A stretch of 64,000 nucleotides of DNA from Leptolyngbyaceae cyanobacterium (GCA_965263355.1 CBDHHL010000032.1:192001-256000); one strand, 5' to 3'; positions 21,420 through 30,905 are shown, numbered from the stretch's first letter. Translations and numbers: made by a program. The notes: a model not told the origin generated them from the letters alone.

Positions 21420-22218
21420 GAATGTTGAGGCACTAATTAACTGGGTTGAAACTTGGGCATCGCCTAACTGGCAGGAGTCTTGGGATAACTGTGGCTGGCA
21501 AATTGAGCCTGGTATCCGCTCCCAACCGGCAGGGGTATTGGTGTGTTTGACACCCACCCTGGCGGTGATGGCTGAGGCGATTCGGCTCAAACAGGAGGGT
21601 GCCCCAGTCAACCTGATCTTTGCGCACCATCCATTAATTTTTAGTCCGCTCAAGTCTGTAACAGCGGATGACTTTGTAGGGGATATGGTACGGCTGGGTA
21701 TTACCCATGGCATTGGTGTGTATAGTGCCCATACTAATTTTGATCAAGTAGCTGATGGCACTGCCGATGTGTTGGCCCAACTTTTAGGCTTGCATAATTC
21801 AGTCCCCGTAGTGCCTACCCAAAATGATTTGGGCTATGGTCGAGTGGGGGATTTACCGGATGCTCAGTCGTTGGATGAACTGCTAGCGGTGATTCAGAGG
21901 CAGCTCAATCCGCCAAATTTAATTCATTCGCCGACGGCAGACTTGCAACAGATGATTGATCGGGTAGCGGTATTGGGGGGTTCCGGTGCAAGTTTTATGG
22001 CAGCGGTGGCCAAGACAGGCGCTCAAGCGTATCTCACCTCTGATTGTAAGTTTCATCAGTTTCAAGAGGGCCGCGATCGCAACCTCATCCTGATTGATGC
22101 CGGACACTATGCCACCGAACGCCCTGCCTGTGCCAAGTTAGTCGAAAAATTCCAACAACAGGGGGTTGCCTGGACCCAACTCAGTACAGCAGACGAAGAC
22201 TTTCGACAGTTTTGGTAA
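21418..22218 (+). CDS. Nif3-like dinuclear metal centre protein (YbgI/DUF34)
   Basis: WDNCG, FAHHPLIF, SAHTNFD, DAGHYATE; GAAGGAG RBS. Confidence 0.95.
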   Translation: MNVEALINWVETWASPNWQESWDNCGWQIEPGIRSQPAGVLVCLTPTLAVMAEAIRLKQEGAPVNLIFAHHPLIFSPLKSVTADDFVGDMVRLGITHGIGVYSAHTNFDQVADGTADVLAQLLGLHNSVPVVPTQNDLGYGRVGDLPDAQSLDELLAVIQRQLNPPNLIHSPTADLQQMIDRVAVLGGSGASFMAAVAKTGAQAYLTSDCKFHQFQEGRDRNLILIDAGHYATERPACAKLVEKFQQQGVAWTQLSTADEDFRQFW

Positions 22219-22285
22219 GCCACAGGTAAACCACGAGTAAGCCACTGACTATAGCGTCAAGCTCAAATCACGCTCACCACTACTG

Positions 22286-24145
22286 TTAACTCCTTTTAAC
22301 AGGCGGCGTTACATTGTCAGGACCGCCGCCTAATCGATTAATATCATTTTCTAGCCTGCGTGCCGCCCGATCTTGTTGTTCTTCCTCCATGGCTTTGGTT
22401 AGATAACTGATGTAGTAAGACATACTATGGTCAGAAATTAGATCGAAGCCTGATTCAAACAAGCCTTTAACTAAACCGATGAGACCATCTAATACCCGAC
22501 TGAGGAACCTATAGTTAGCCACTAACAATCCCTTAGAATTAAAGTACTTGACGGTTCCCAAGTGAGCATACAGTCTGGTTGGATTATGTATTGAAAACGG
22601 CGGTGGGACATGGGGAACAACATCATTATTGTTGATAAAGCGAAAAACCTTATTTGCTAATGTAGTATTTAACTGACGCGTAAAGGAGAGATCGCCCACA
22701 CGGGGTTGGCCAAAAGTATATAGACCCGCCACATTCATATTGTTGTCCTGGAGAGAGGCTACTGCCATGGTGGCCAGGGCACCGCCAAGACTATGGCCGG
22801 TTACTAATAACGGTGGCAGTGTTTCTCCAGGTTGGAGTTGGCGTTGCCAATGTTTAATTTGTTTGAGCACGTCTTTCTCCACACTGGCCCAACCTAAGAA
22901 AAATCCTGTATGGACCCTACCCTTATAGGACGATATGGCGGTTTGCCCTTCTCGGCGAATGGTGAATTTCCGTAATTTCGTATTAAAGTTGGTGTACCAA
23001 TCCCGAATTTCTTGACTGCCTCGAAAGGTTAACACAATGCAATTATCGGTACGAAAAATAAATGCCTGGGTGTCATACTTTTTGTTATTAAAGTATTGAA
23101 AATCATCGCGGGTATCCTTAATCCCCCAAAGTTCCAATACTTCAAGTACATATCGGATGTCTTGATAAACCAGCATGGAGGCTTTAGCCAGACTTAATGC
23201 CAGGTTAGTACTGTAATGACTGACATCCTTCAGTTTTGTAAAATCATTGGCCTGGTAGGGAGTGCGTAAAATTCGATAGCCAAACCGTTCGAAGAGACGT
23301 TTAACCCCATTGAAGCCGTGATCGTGAATATAGTTATATAGCTGGTTATAAATCCGAGAATCGCTATGACGGCGGTACTTCTCATCAGCTATCAGGCGTA
23401 CCCAGTACAATAGCCAGGGTTTTACCTCTTTTACGGTAAATACCCGAGATTCTACCAGGTTGCTAAAATGCTCCAAAGAGTTGAGCATTTTGTTAAACCA
23501 GTCTCGGATTGTTGTTTCTGCATAGTAGTCATGCATTGCCGATTCATAGTTTTCGGCATCAGGCGAAAGTTTCTCAAGTAATGTTCGTTGGTATTGTCGG
23601 TACTCATCATCAGCAAGGGCATGACTCAGTAGATCGTCAGTAACGTTGAATTTAGCTGTTTCGTTAGCAATACCGTGATTACAGCCATCCTGGTACGAGC
23701 GATATTCTTCAAAGTCTAAAACCTTTAAAGCCTGGGCAATGTCAGGATCATTTTCAAACTCTCGTGTAATATTGCGCAGAAATTCAAGCCGTTGTTGTGT
23801 GTGCTGTCTGCTGTAGCTTCGTACTCCATAAACAAGGGCTAAAGAACTTAACCCAACGGCTGCCGCAAATAATCCTTGAATAAATAAGAATCGTTGACGT
23901 TGGCGGGTGACATCATCTGAACTAGCTGAATTTACCAGGGTCTTAATGTCATTTTCAATGCGGGGGGCAATTCCCTCCTCCAATGGTTCAGCTGGATTGA
24001 TGGCAATATTGGCTGTTGCCTTAGCCCCCTGGGCGGTGGCAGCTACTCCCATCAGCAGTACACTACCAATAAGCGATAGCACTACCTTTGTGCTAATTGA
24101 ACGAATACTGGCTGAAAAATGCACCATAGTCTCCTGATGAACCAA
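22286..24145 (-). CDS. Class 3 lipase fused to an N-terminal TM segment and a helical domain
   Basis: FRGSQE, VHTGF, TGHSLGGALA, TFGQPRVG, NNNDVVPHVP, DHSM. Confidence 0.88.
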   Translation of the reverse strand: MVHQETMVHFSASIRSISTKVVLSLIGSVLLMGVAATAQGAKATANIAINPAEPLEEGIAPRIENDIKTLVNSASSDDVTRQRQRFLFIQGLFAAAVGLSSLALVYGVRSYSRQHTQQRLEFLRNITREFENDPDIAQALKVLDFEEYRSYQDGCNHGIANETAKFNVTDDLLSHALADDEYRQYQRTLLEKLSPDAENYESAMHDYYAETTIRDWFNKMLNSLEHFSNLVESRVFTVKEVKPWLLYWVRLIADEKYRRHSDSRIYNQLYNYIHDHGFNGVKRLFERFGYRILRTPYQANDFTKLKDVSHYSTNLALSLAKASMLVYQDIRYVLEVLELWGIKDTRDDFQYFNNKKYDTQAFIFRTDNCIVLTFRGSQEIRDWYTNFNTKLRKFTIRREGQTAISSYKGRVHTGFFLGWASVEKDVLKQIKHWQRQLQPGETLPPLLVTGHSLGGALATMAVASLQDNNMNVAGLYTFGQPRVGDLSFTRQLNTTLANKVFRFINNNDVVPHVPPPFSIHNPTRLYAHLGTVKYFNSKGLLVANYRFLSRVLDGLIGLVKGLFESGFDLISDHSMSYYISYLTKAMEEEQQDRAARRLENDINRLGGGPDNVTPPVKRS

Positions 24146-24191
24146 ATCATTTTGATGCTAACGAAGCATACCCCGTTTGCTGCAAAGAATA

Positions 24192-24914
24192 ATGAAAATT
24201 GATGTACCTGAAACCTGGCCTACGGATGCGGCGAGTGCGATCGCAGTTCAAAACCGTCTACGCAATCAGGTGATCACCACTGATCAGTTTGCATCAATTA
24301 AAATCGTAGCCGGTATTGATGCTGGTTTTGAACAGGAAGGCACCATTATCCGGGCAGCTGTCGTCGTTTTACAGTTGCCAGAGTTGACCCTATTGGAGCA
24401 AGCGATTGCCTATCGCCCCACTATTTTTCCCTATGTACCTAGTCTGCTATCGTTTCGCGAAATGCCCACGGTATTAGATGCGCTAAAACAGCTTCAGTTA
24501 GACCCGGACTTAATCCTCTGTGATGGAGCAGGCATTGCGCACCCTCGACGATTAGGGATTGCCAGTCATCTAGGGGTGCTAATTGATAAACCCACCATTG
24601 GTGTCGCAAAGTCTCGTTTACTGGGCACCCATGATGAGTTGTCGCCCGACAAAGGAGCCTGGGTGCCGCTGATGGATAGCGGTGAGCGCATTGGTGCTGT
24701 GCTCAGAAGCCGGAGTGGGACCAAGCCTTTGTTTGTTTCTGCGGGACACCGCATTAGTTTAGAAACGGCAGTTGACTATGTGCTGCAGTGTACGCCAAAG
24801 TACCGATTACCAGAGACAACGCGACTAGCAGATCGGCTGGCGTCTAATCGAGGCCCCATGCCATCAGTGGGGACCTCTGCAAAAGAGGATGCAGGGCAAA
24901 TGCAACTATTTTGA
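24192..24914 (+). CDS. nfi: Endonuclease V
   Basis: AGIDAGF, FPYVPSLLSFRE, CDGAGIAHPRRLGIASH, YRLPETTRLAD. Confidence 0.95.
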   Translation: MKIDVPETWPTDAASAIAVQNRLRNQVITTDQFASIKIVAGIDAGFEQEGTIIRAAVVVLQLPELTLLEQAIAYRPTIFPYVPSLLSFREMPTVLDALKQLQLDPDLILCDGAGIAHPRRLGIASHLGVLIDKPTIGVAKSRLLGTHDELSPDKGAWVPLMDSGERIGAVLRSRSGTKPLFVSAGHRISLETAVDYVLQCTPKYRLPETTRLADRLASNRGPMPSVGTSAKEDAGQMQLF

Positions 24915-24944
24915 TGGGCGTCACGGGGACATTTTTAATGGACA

Positions 24945-24978
24945 ACCGTAGGGGCATTGCATGCAATGCCCCTACGGT
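24945..24978. repeat. Perfect 34-bp palindrome (GTAG-type REP-like)
   Basis: ACCGTAGGGGCATTGCA|TGCAATGCCCCTACGGT between the convergent nfi and nitroreductase genes. Confidence 0.9.
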
Positions 24979-25012
24979 CGATACGTTGATCGATTATCAA
25001 TACCGGTGAGAG

Positions 25013-25660
25013 TTAAATATGTTGCACCTTATCCTCAACGGGAAAACGTACCTTGGGTAGATGAATGTATTTATCCTCTTCCGACCGATAGCCAACAGCG
25101 CAAACTACCACTGAGTGATAGCCCATCTCTGGCAAGCCTAGAATTTCATCGTACTGATCAGGCATGAACCCTTCGATGGGGCAGGTGTCAATACCCAGCA
25201 TGGCGGCACTGACCATCAGCTGGCCCAGGGCAATGTAGGTCTGTCGTGTAGACCAACCATCGATGTCGGGAAGACCTTTCATAAAGCCTTTGATCACATT
25301 ACTAAAACCGTCCAAAGACTCCAGGGTCACATTGCGCACTTCTGAGGTACGGGCCATGGAACGATCTACATCAGCTTCGTTGATGCCAGTTTTGATGGCG
25401 AGCACAACCAGGTGAGATGCATCCACCACCTGAGACTGTTTCCAGGAGGCTTCTAGTAGTTTTGCGCGTACCGCTGCGTCATCCACTACAAAGAATTTCC
25501 AGGGTTCCAGACCAAAGGACGAAGGCGCTAAGACTAGACTTTGTTCTAACGTTGACCAGGTATCCGCAGGAATTTTTTTGCTGGCATCAAACATCTTAGT
25601 GGCGTAACGCCAGTTCAGTGCTTCGAGCACAGATTCACTTGAAAAATTTGGAGCAGTCAT
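25013..25660 (-). CDS. NfsB-like nitroreductase family protein
   Basis: WRYATKMFD, LAPSSFGLEPWKF, GIDTCPIEGF, PKVRF. Confidence 0.92.
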   Translation of the reverse strand: MTAPNFSSESVLEALNWRYATKMFDASKKIPADTWSTLEQSLVLAPSSFGLEPWKFFVVDDAAVRAKLLEASWKQSQVVDASHLVVLAIKTGINEADVDRSMARTSEVRNVTLESLDGFSNVIKGFMKGLPDIDGWSTRQTYIALGQLMVSAAMLGIDTCPIEGFMPDQYDEILGLPEMGYHSVVVCAVGYRSEEDKYIHLPKVRFPVEDKVQHI

Positions 25661-25832
25661 GAAAGTCACCTGTTCAACATGGCTTTTATAGCAGTTATAA
25701 GGCTGAGTTAACATGCAACTGGTATACCTAACCAGGATTCCGGACGGATATCCCTCCAGATCTGGACGTTCCAATTATTGAAAGTTAGTCTATCGTAGTA
25801 AGTACATATTGTAAGTATTGGAGTTTAGTCCT

Positions 25833-26330
25833 ATTACTAAGAAGAAAAAGGCTCTCGTAAACCGCCACATTAAAGACCCTCAGGTCTTATTTATTGACCA
25901 CACTGGTCATAACCATGGTGTCATGGATACAGCCGACGCTATCAAAATGGCCAAGGAGCATAACCTGGATTTGGTAGTTGTCTCTCAGCCGCGTGAGGGC
26001 GTTGCTCCGGTTGCTAAAGCGCTAGACCAGGGTAAGCTGCAATATCAGCAAAGCAAACGTCAAAAGCAGACATCGCGTCCAACGGTCAAAGAGGTAAAGT
26101 TTCGACCTAATATTGGCGAGTCGGATTATCTGTTGCGCGTTAAGCGTGCGACTGAGTGGCTGAAAAAGGGTGATTCTGTAAAGTTTCTTGTACGTTTGCG
26201 GGGGCGAGAACATCAGCATCGCGATCGCGCCACTGACTTACTGCAAAGAGTAATTACCGACCTGGAAAGTGCAGGTAAGGTGCAATCGTTTGATCGTCGG
26301 TCATTAACGTTATTCCTATCACCGGCATAA
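25833..26330 (+). CDS. infC: Translation initiation factor IF-3, divergent second-paralogue type, ATT start
   Basis: LDLVVVS, PVAK, VKEVKFRPNI, RLRGRE; in-frame ATT at 25833, 9 nt after GGAG (25820-25823). Confidence 0.9.
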   Translation: MTKKKKALVNRHIKDPQVLFIDHTGHNHGVMDTADAIKMAKEHNLDLVVVSQPREGVAPVAKALDQGKLQYQQSKRQKQTSRPTVKEVKFRPNIGESDYLLRVKRATEWLKKGDSVKFLVRLRGREHQHRDRATDLLQRVITDLESAGKVQSFDRRSLTLFLSPA

Positions 26331-26473
26331 ACCCATTTGACAACTGAATAAGTCAGCAGGGACTGCTTTGAGCATTACGGTGTGAGGAGCAGTCTCTACT
26401 TTTATGGAAAATTATGGAAAACTGAAAAAGTTGATGGAATTCTCTCTTTAGTTCATCAATATATCCCAACTCT

Positions 26474-26504
26474 AAAAAAAGCCTCCACCGTAATGGCGGA
26501 GGCT
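26474..26504 (-). terminator. Intrinsic terminator of the sRNA candidate
   Basis: AGCCTCCGCC-ATTA-CGGTGGAGGCT-TTTTTT on the minus strand. Confidence 0.85.
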
Positions 26505-26714
26505 ATAGAGGGTGAGAGAGAACCGCTTGAAAGCGAGTTGGGACGGCGAAAGGCAATAACGGCTTACCTCTGGCGCTGTTGGAACGAATACTTGCTGTTT
26601 CCGCTAGGAGTTCACGCTAAAAGCTTGGCCTTGTAAACACGTTTGCCGTCAGGGTAGCTACGACAAAGATTTACGGAAACTTAGTTTCTCCCCTCCCGAC
26701 ATGTTTGAGCCACC
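26474..26714 (-). ncRNA. Candidate ~240-nt small RNA
   Basis: -10 TATAGT (26720-26725 minus) just upstream of GGTGGCTCAAAC; GC-richer than its flanks; strong intrinsic terminator; no credible same-strand ORF. Confidence 0.6.
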
Positions 26715-26830
26715 TATTAACTATACTACTAAATAGTTATATAATGCTATATATAGAATAAAATCTATGAATCCTCTCCGAAGATTGCTTTCTTGCTAGG
26801 CAATTAAAAACAAGAGACTGCTGGTATATC

Positions 26831-26850
26831 ATATTACTATATGGTCATAT
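26831..26850. promoter_or_regulatory. Putative ArsR-family operator (20-bp pseudo-palindrome; related copies at 26723, 29478, 30468, 30826)
   Basis: ATATTACTATATGGTCATAT is 16/20 self-complementary; the four other copies match ATATKACYATATRGTMATAT at 15-17/20. Confidence 0.5.
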
Positions 26851-26936
26851 GTCGGGTAATAAGATTACTGGTAAAAGACCTGTCTACGTCAGATGGCGAT
26901 CTTTATTGACTGGCAGTTTACCTAACTCAAAACCAC

Positions 26937-26992
26937 TGAAACAAGCGGAGTTATGATTGATGTATGAAACAAGCGGAGTTATGATTGATGTA
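26937..26992 (+). repeat. Exact 28-bp tandem duplication covering the RBS and start codon
   Basis: TGAAACAAGCGGAGTTATGATTGATGTA x2. Confidence 0.95.
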
Positions 26993-27395
26993 TCACTTTA
27001 GTAAGGTTGTCAATGTCTCATTTGATGAGGCCATCACCCAGGTAACCGAAGCACTGCGGGAAGAGGGATTGGGGATTTTAACCGAGATTGGTGTCCAATC
27101 GGCCTTCAAAAAGAAGCTAGATACTGATTTTCGCAAATACACGATTCTCGGAGCCTGCCATCCATTAGTGGCTTATCAAATGCTACAAACAGACGACAAG
27201 GCTGGGGTGTTCTATCCCTGTAATGTTGTGGTGCAAGCACATAACGATGGTCGGGTAGAAGTGTCAGCGATCGATCCGCTGATGATGTTTTTAATGATTC
27301 ATAGCCCTAAAGCAAAAGAGATTGCGCTGGACGCCAGTCAAAGAATGCAGGCGGCGATGGATCGTCTACCAGCAGCGACGCCAGTTGTCGCGTGA
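26988..27395 (+). CDS. DUF302 family protein
   Basis: GLGILTEI, YTILGACHP, GVFYPCNVVV, SAIDP. Confidence 0.9.
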   Translation: MYHFSKVVNVSFDEAITQVTEALREEGLGILTEIGVQSAFKKKLDTDFRKYTILGACHPLVAYQMLQTDDKAGVFYPCNVVVQAHNDGRVEVSAIDPLMMFLMIHSPKAKEIALDASQRMQAAMDRLPAATPVVA

Positions 27396-27453
27396 CGTTC
27401 CGTTACGTTTTTGCTCACTCGTAAATCACATTCAAAATTTGGAGGAAAGACCC

Positions 27454-27672
27454 ATGTTTAACAATGTTGGAACTGTAGATCGATCACTTCGATTATTAGT
27501 GGCCAGTATATTGCTTTATTTGGGATTATTCACCTACGCGGGCTCATCGTTAGGAATTGGCATGGATATTGCTGGAGGTCTAGCACTGCTCACTGGGCTG
27601 GTTGGCTCCTGTGCCTTGTATGGTTTGCTCGGTATCAATACCCGCAAGAGAGATCACTCCTCTCAAGCTTAG
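27454..27672 (+). CDS. DUF2892/YgaP-like membrane protein
   Basis: NVGTVDRSLRL...TGLVGSCALYGLLGINT; GGAGG RBS. Confidence 0.9.
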   Translation: MFNNVGTVDRSLRLLVASILLYLGLFTYAGSSLGIGMDIAGGLALLTGLVGSCALYGLLGINTRKRDHSSQA

Positions 27673-27820
27673 GGCTTGACGACACGGTATAGGTGGGGAG
27701 ATACCAAAACAATTAAAGGACAATCACAACAACAGTTTTTCTGTCTTTTTCTCATTCTCCCCATGCATTTCATCTATCGATTACTGAATGTTTTTGAAAT
27801 AACTGAATTCGAATTGAATC

Positions 27821-28354
27821 ATGGAAAATGCGATTCCTTATGAGGTACCGTCCTTATCGCGACGGCAACTACTCAACTTTTTGACGGGGGCAACGGTTGC
27901 TGCAACCGCTGGTTCAGCCCTTTACCCAGTCGCTAAGTTTTTCATACCGCCTCGGGAAGTGTCTGAGGGAGGCGGAATTCTCGCAAAAGATAAACTGGGT
28001 AATCCGATTCCGGCCAGTCAACTCCTCGCTAATCCCCCTGGAACTCGTGCCTTGATTGCAGGACTGGCAGGCGAACCAACTTATTTAATCGTTCAAGACG
28101 ATGGCTCACTGGGGGCTAGAGGTATTGTCGATAACTGCACTCACTTGGGATGTACCTTCCCCTGGAATGCGAATGCCCAACAGTTTCAATGCCCATGCCA
28201 CGGATCGCTCTACGACCCGGAGGGTAATGTTGTTCGCGGGCCTGCGCCCCTCCCCCTCAAGATTGTTCATGTAGCGGTCAAGGATGATGCTGTCTGGATC
28301 TACCCCTGGAACGAGACTGACCCGCGTACTGGCGAACAACCCTGGTGGGTGTGA
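27821..28354 (+). CDS. petC: Cytochrome b6f Rieske iron-sulfur protein, alternative (PetC2-like)
   Basis: Tat motif SRRQLL, CTHLGC and CPCHGS, DPRTGEQPWW; no adjacent petA. Confidence 0.93.
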   Translation: MENAIPYEVPSLSRRQLLNFLTGATVAATAGSALYPVAKFFIPPREVSEGGGILAKDKLGNPIPASQLLANPPGTRALIAGLAGEPTYLIVQDDGSLGARGIVDNCTHLGCTFPWNANAQQFQCPCHGSLYDPEGNVVRGPAPLPLKIVHVAVKDDAVWIYPWNETDPRTGEQPWWV

Positions 28355-28375
28355 TGAACTGAGAGGTTTTTACGA

Positions 28376-28540
28376 ATGCGTATTATTTTGATGACTGAAA
28401 AAGGGGGAGTGTGTAAGACCTCGGTTGCGGCAACAACTGCCCTGCGAACAGCAGAACTGGGATATCGCACTCTGGTATTGAGTAGCGACCAGCCCATTTC
28501 TTGGCAGATAGCTTTGATCTGGAATTGGTGCATGATCCAG
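28376..28540 (+). pseudogene. ArsA/GET3-family ATPase 5' remnant
   Basis: [19 protein letters not shown] (degenerate GKGGVGKT), then [16 protein letters not shown] after a 1-nt shift; truncated. Confidence 0.8.
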
Positions 28541-28629
28541 CCCTTTCAAGGTGCTTTTTTGGACTTTCTTTTTTGGGCAAGTAAGCGAGCAGTGGAAACA
28601 TGTGGCTTATTTTTAGAAGGTTTTGGTAC

Positions 28630-29029
28630 TGAACCAGTATATTCCCGAGATTCACCATTCAGACCAAGGGGTGCAATACGCTGCTAATGCTTATGTTCAT
28701 CTGTTGGAGGAGAATGAGATAGCGATTAGCATGGCGGGTGTCGGCAAAGCCTATGAGAATGGCTTTGCTGAACGACTGATGAGAACAATTAAAGAAGAGA
28801 AGGTTGACTTATCGGACTATCGCAACTTTAATGAGGTGTATAACAGAATAGAAGAGTTTTTAGATGAGGTATATATGAAGAAGAGAATTCACTCTTCTTT
28901 GGGCTATTTGACACCGAGTGAATTTGAAACGAAGTGGAGGAAGAAAACCTGAAGTGTCTCAGATTGATACATGTCAGTCTAGACTTGCTGCAAACTAATT
29001 TTACTGTCCAAGATTAGGGGTTCACTTCA
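28630..29029 (+). mobile_element. IS3-family (IS150-like) 3' remnant with right inverted repeat
   Basis: [59 protein letters not shown] at 29005-29029. Confidence 0.85.
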
Positions 29030-29068
29030 CTTTCAGGTTATTGAAAGTTTTGGTCAACTACTTATGCG

Positions 29069-29419
29069 CTACGCGAACTCATCTATCAATTTTGATAGCC
29101 GCGCCATAGTTGCCTGAATCTCTTCGGGGGGGGGGTTATATTCCATCCCCATAGCCACTAGTAACAGGCCCAAATCAACAGCATCGTCAAGTTTTAAGAT
29201 TAAACCTAAGTCTTCAGTATTGTCTAGCACCTCTGGCTGAGGACTCGGATTTGTAACTTTAAAGTCCACATGTACCATGGATGGGTTTTCTTGCTCGTGT
29301 CCTGGAATCTCTTCAACCCGAGCGACCTTAGTACCCGTAACCGTAACACTGGCATGGTTGCTGATTACGGTAATCTCGCTAGTTGCTAAATCTTGAGTCA
29401 AAAGCTGTTGCGTTTTCAT
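29069..29419 (-). CDS. Hypothetical protein containing a C10 homopolymer
   Basis: ORF from ATG 29419; G10 at 29126-29135 on the plus strand. Confidence 0.6.
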   Translation of the reverse strand: MKTQQLLTQDLATSEITVISNHASVTVTGTKVARVEEIPGHEQENPSMVHVDFKVTNPSPQPEVLDNTEDLGLILKLDDAVDLGLLLVAMGMEYNPPPEEIQATMARLSKLIDEFA

Positions 29420-29549
29420 AGCTACCCTATATCCGTATCGACTGTCAGCTGCATGGGTCTTATCCTTAATTTTCATTATATGGCCAATTAGTTATATTAA
29501 GTATATTAACAACACATTTTTTAATGTCTTTACAGATATAGAGAGACAT

Positions 29550-30014
29550 CTAAAGTCTTTTATTAGAAATACTTACGGAAACTAGCTTAGCGGTCAGAGA
29601 GCCTGCGATAAAGGCACCTAGGAAGAGTACAGGACTCCATGATTTTAAGACCAGGGCGACAATAGCAGGGCCTGGGCAATAGCCAGCAATTCCCCAACCG
29701 ATACCAAAAACAGCTGCCCCCAATACTAGGGGCAGACCAACATCTTTGCGAGTTGGCAATCTAAATTTAGTGGCAAAGACGGGCTGGGGTAACTGCAACA
29801 CAAATCGGAATGCAATCACGGTCACCGTTACGGCACCACCTAGAACAAACAACAACGTAGGATCCCAACGTCCTGTGACATCTAGAAAGTCCAGCACCCG
29901 CCCTCGGTCAATCATTTGCGATAGACCTAAGCCCAGACCAAACAGTAGACCAGATGCGATCGTAACCAAGTTCTGTCCAACTTTTAGGGTGTTATGGCTG
30001 ATTACTTTATACAT
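29550..30014 (-). CDS. YeeE/YedE family (DUF6691-like) sulfur-compound transporter half
   Basis: SGLLFGLGL, FLDVTGRWDPTL, FGIGWGIAGYCPGP. Confidence 0.88.
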   Translation of the reverse strand: MYKVISHNTLKVGQNLVTIASGLLFGLGLGLSQMIDRGRVLDFLDVTGRWDPTLLFVLGGAVTVTVIAFRFVLQLPQPVFATKFRLPTRKDVGLPLVLGAAVFGIGWGIAGYCPGPAIVALVLKSWSPVLFLGAFIAGSLTAKLVSVSISNKRL

Positions 30015-30019
30015 ATCTG

Positions 30020-30436
30020 TTATCCAATCATTCCATGGCGGGTAATCCAGACGGTGACCATGGCCGTTGCAAGAAATGTGAGCACCGCAATTAGCGATCG
30101 CAACGACAGTCGCCCCAGACCGCAAACCCCATGTCCACTAGTACAGCCATTACCCAACCGGGTGCCAAATCCGACCAGAAAGCCACCAAGAATCATTATG
30201 CCAGGGGCAAGCTCAGGTCGAGGCGTCGGCTGGGTAGCCAAACCATACTCATAGAGAACACCCCCCAGGAGCATGCCAGCTAGAAACAGCCAGCGCCAAA
30301 CCTCATTTCCCTGGATCGCGCCGTTAACAATGCCGCTAATCCCTGCAATCCGACCATTAAGCGCCAGCAGTAGTGTGGCACTAAGTCCGATCAACACGCC
30401 ACCAAAGAGTGCTGTTTCCCAGGTCAGTTCTGCCAT
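30020..30436 (-). CDS. YeeE/YedE family sulfur-compound transporter half
   Basis: GGVLIGL, NGRIAGISG, GTRLGNGCTSGHGVCG. Confidence 0.92.
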   Translation of the reverse strand: MAELTWETALFGGVLIGLSATLLLALNGRIAGISGIVNGAIQGNEVWRWLFLAGMLLGGVLYEYGLATQPTPRPELAPGIMILGGFLVGFGTRLGNGCTSGHGVCGLGRLSLRSLIAVLTFLATAMVTVWITRHGMIG

Positions 30437-30512
30437 AAAACTATTCCAGTAAAAACTATACATGATTGCTTGGCTATATAGTATTATAATCCCTTTAGGC
30501 TGTAACCGGTCA

Positions 30513-30842
30513 ATGAACCAGCAACCCTGGCAATTCAAGGAAACGATTCTGTCCCTGCAAACAGGTTGGTTAACTGTGATTGGAGAAAAGCTTAAAACAC
30601 CCCAGGGCAGGCTACTGGACTATTGGCGTGTTGAAAAAGCAGATTCAGTGATTGTGTTACCGATTCACCGGCAACAACTGCTACTGCCACCACCGGTCTA
30701 TCGCCCTGGCGTGGACCAAGCCACCTGGGACTTTCCCGGAGGGCGATGCCCTGAAGGTCAGAGCCTCCATACGGCTGCAACAACAATTCTCCAACGGGAA
30801 CTTGGGATTGTTCACTCTGCGCTATATTCAACTCTATGGTAA
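30513..30842 (+). pseudogene. NUDIX hydrolase, C-terminally truncated
   Basis: LDYWRVEKADSV, YRPGV...WDFPGGR...ILQRELG, then an immediate stop. Confidence 0.65.
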
Positions 30843-30905
30843 TATGGTAAATGACCTATAAGTTGTTCTAATCCTTCACAGCTTCTGTAAATTTCATTAT
30901 CGGCT

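Noticed and set aside
21420..21713. N-terminal extension of the Na/Pi transporter ORF
   Set aside because: Antisense to the conserved nif3 coding sequence
26382..26636. 84-aa plus-strand ORF
   Set aside because: No RBS or motif; it runs antisense through a terminator and the sRNA candidate
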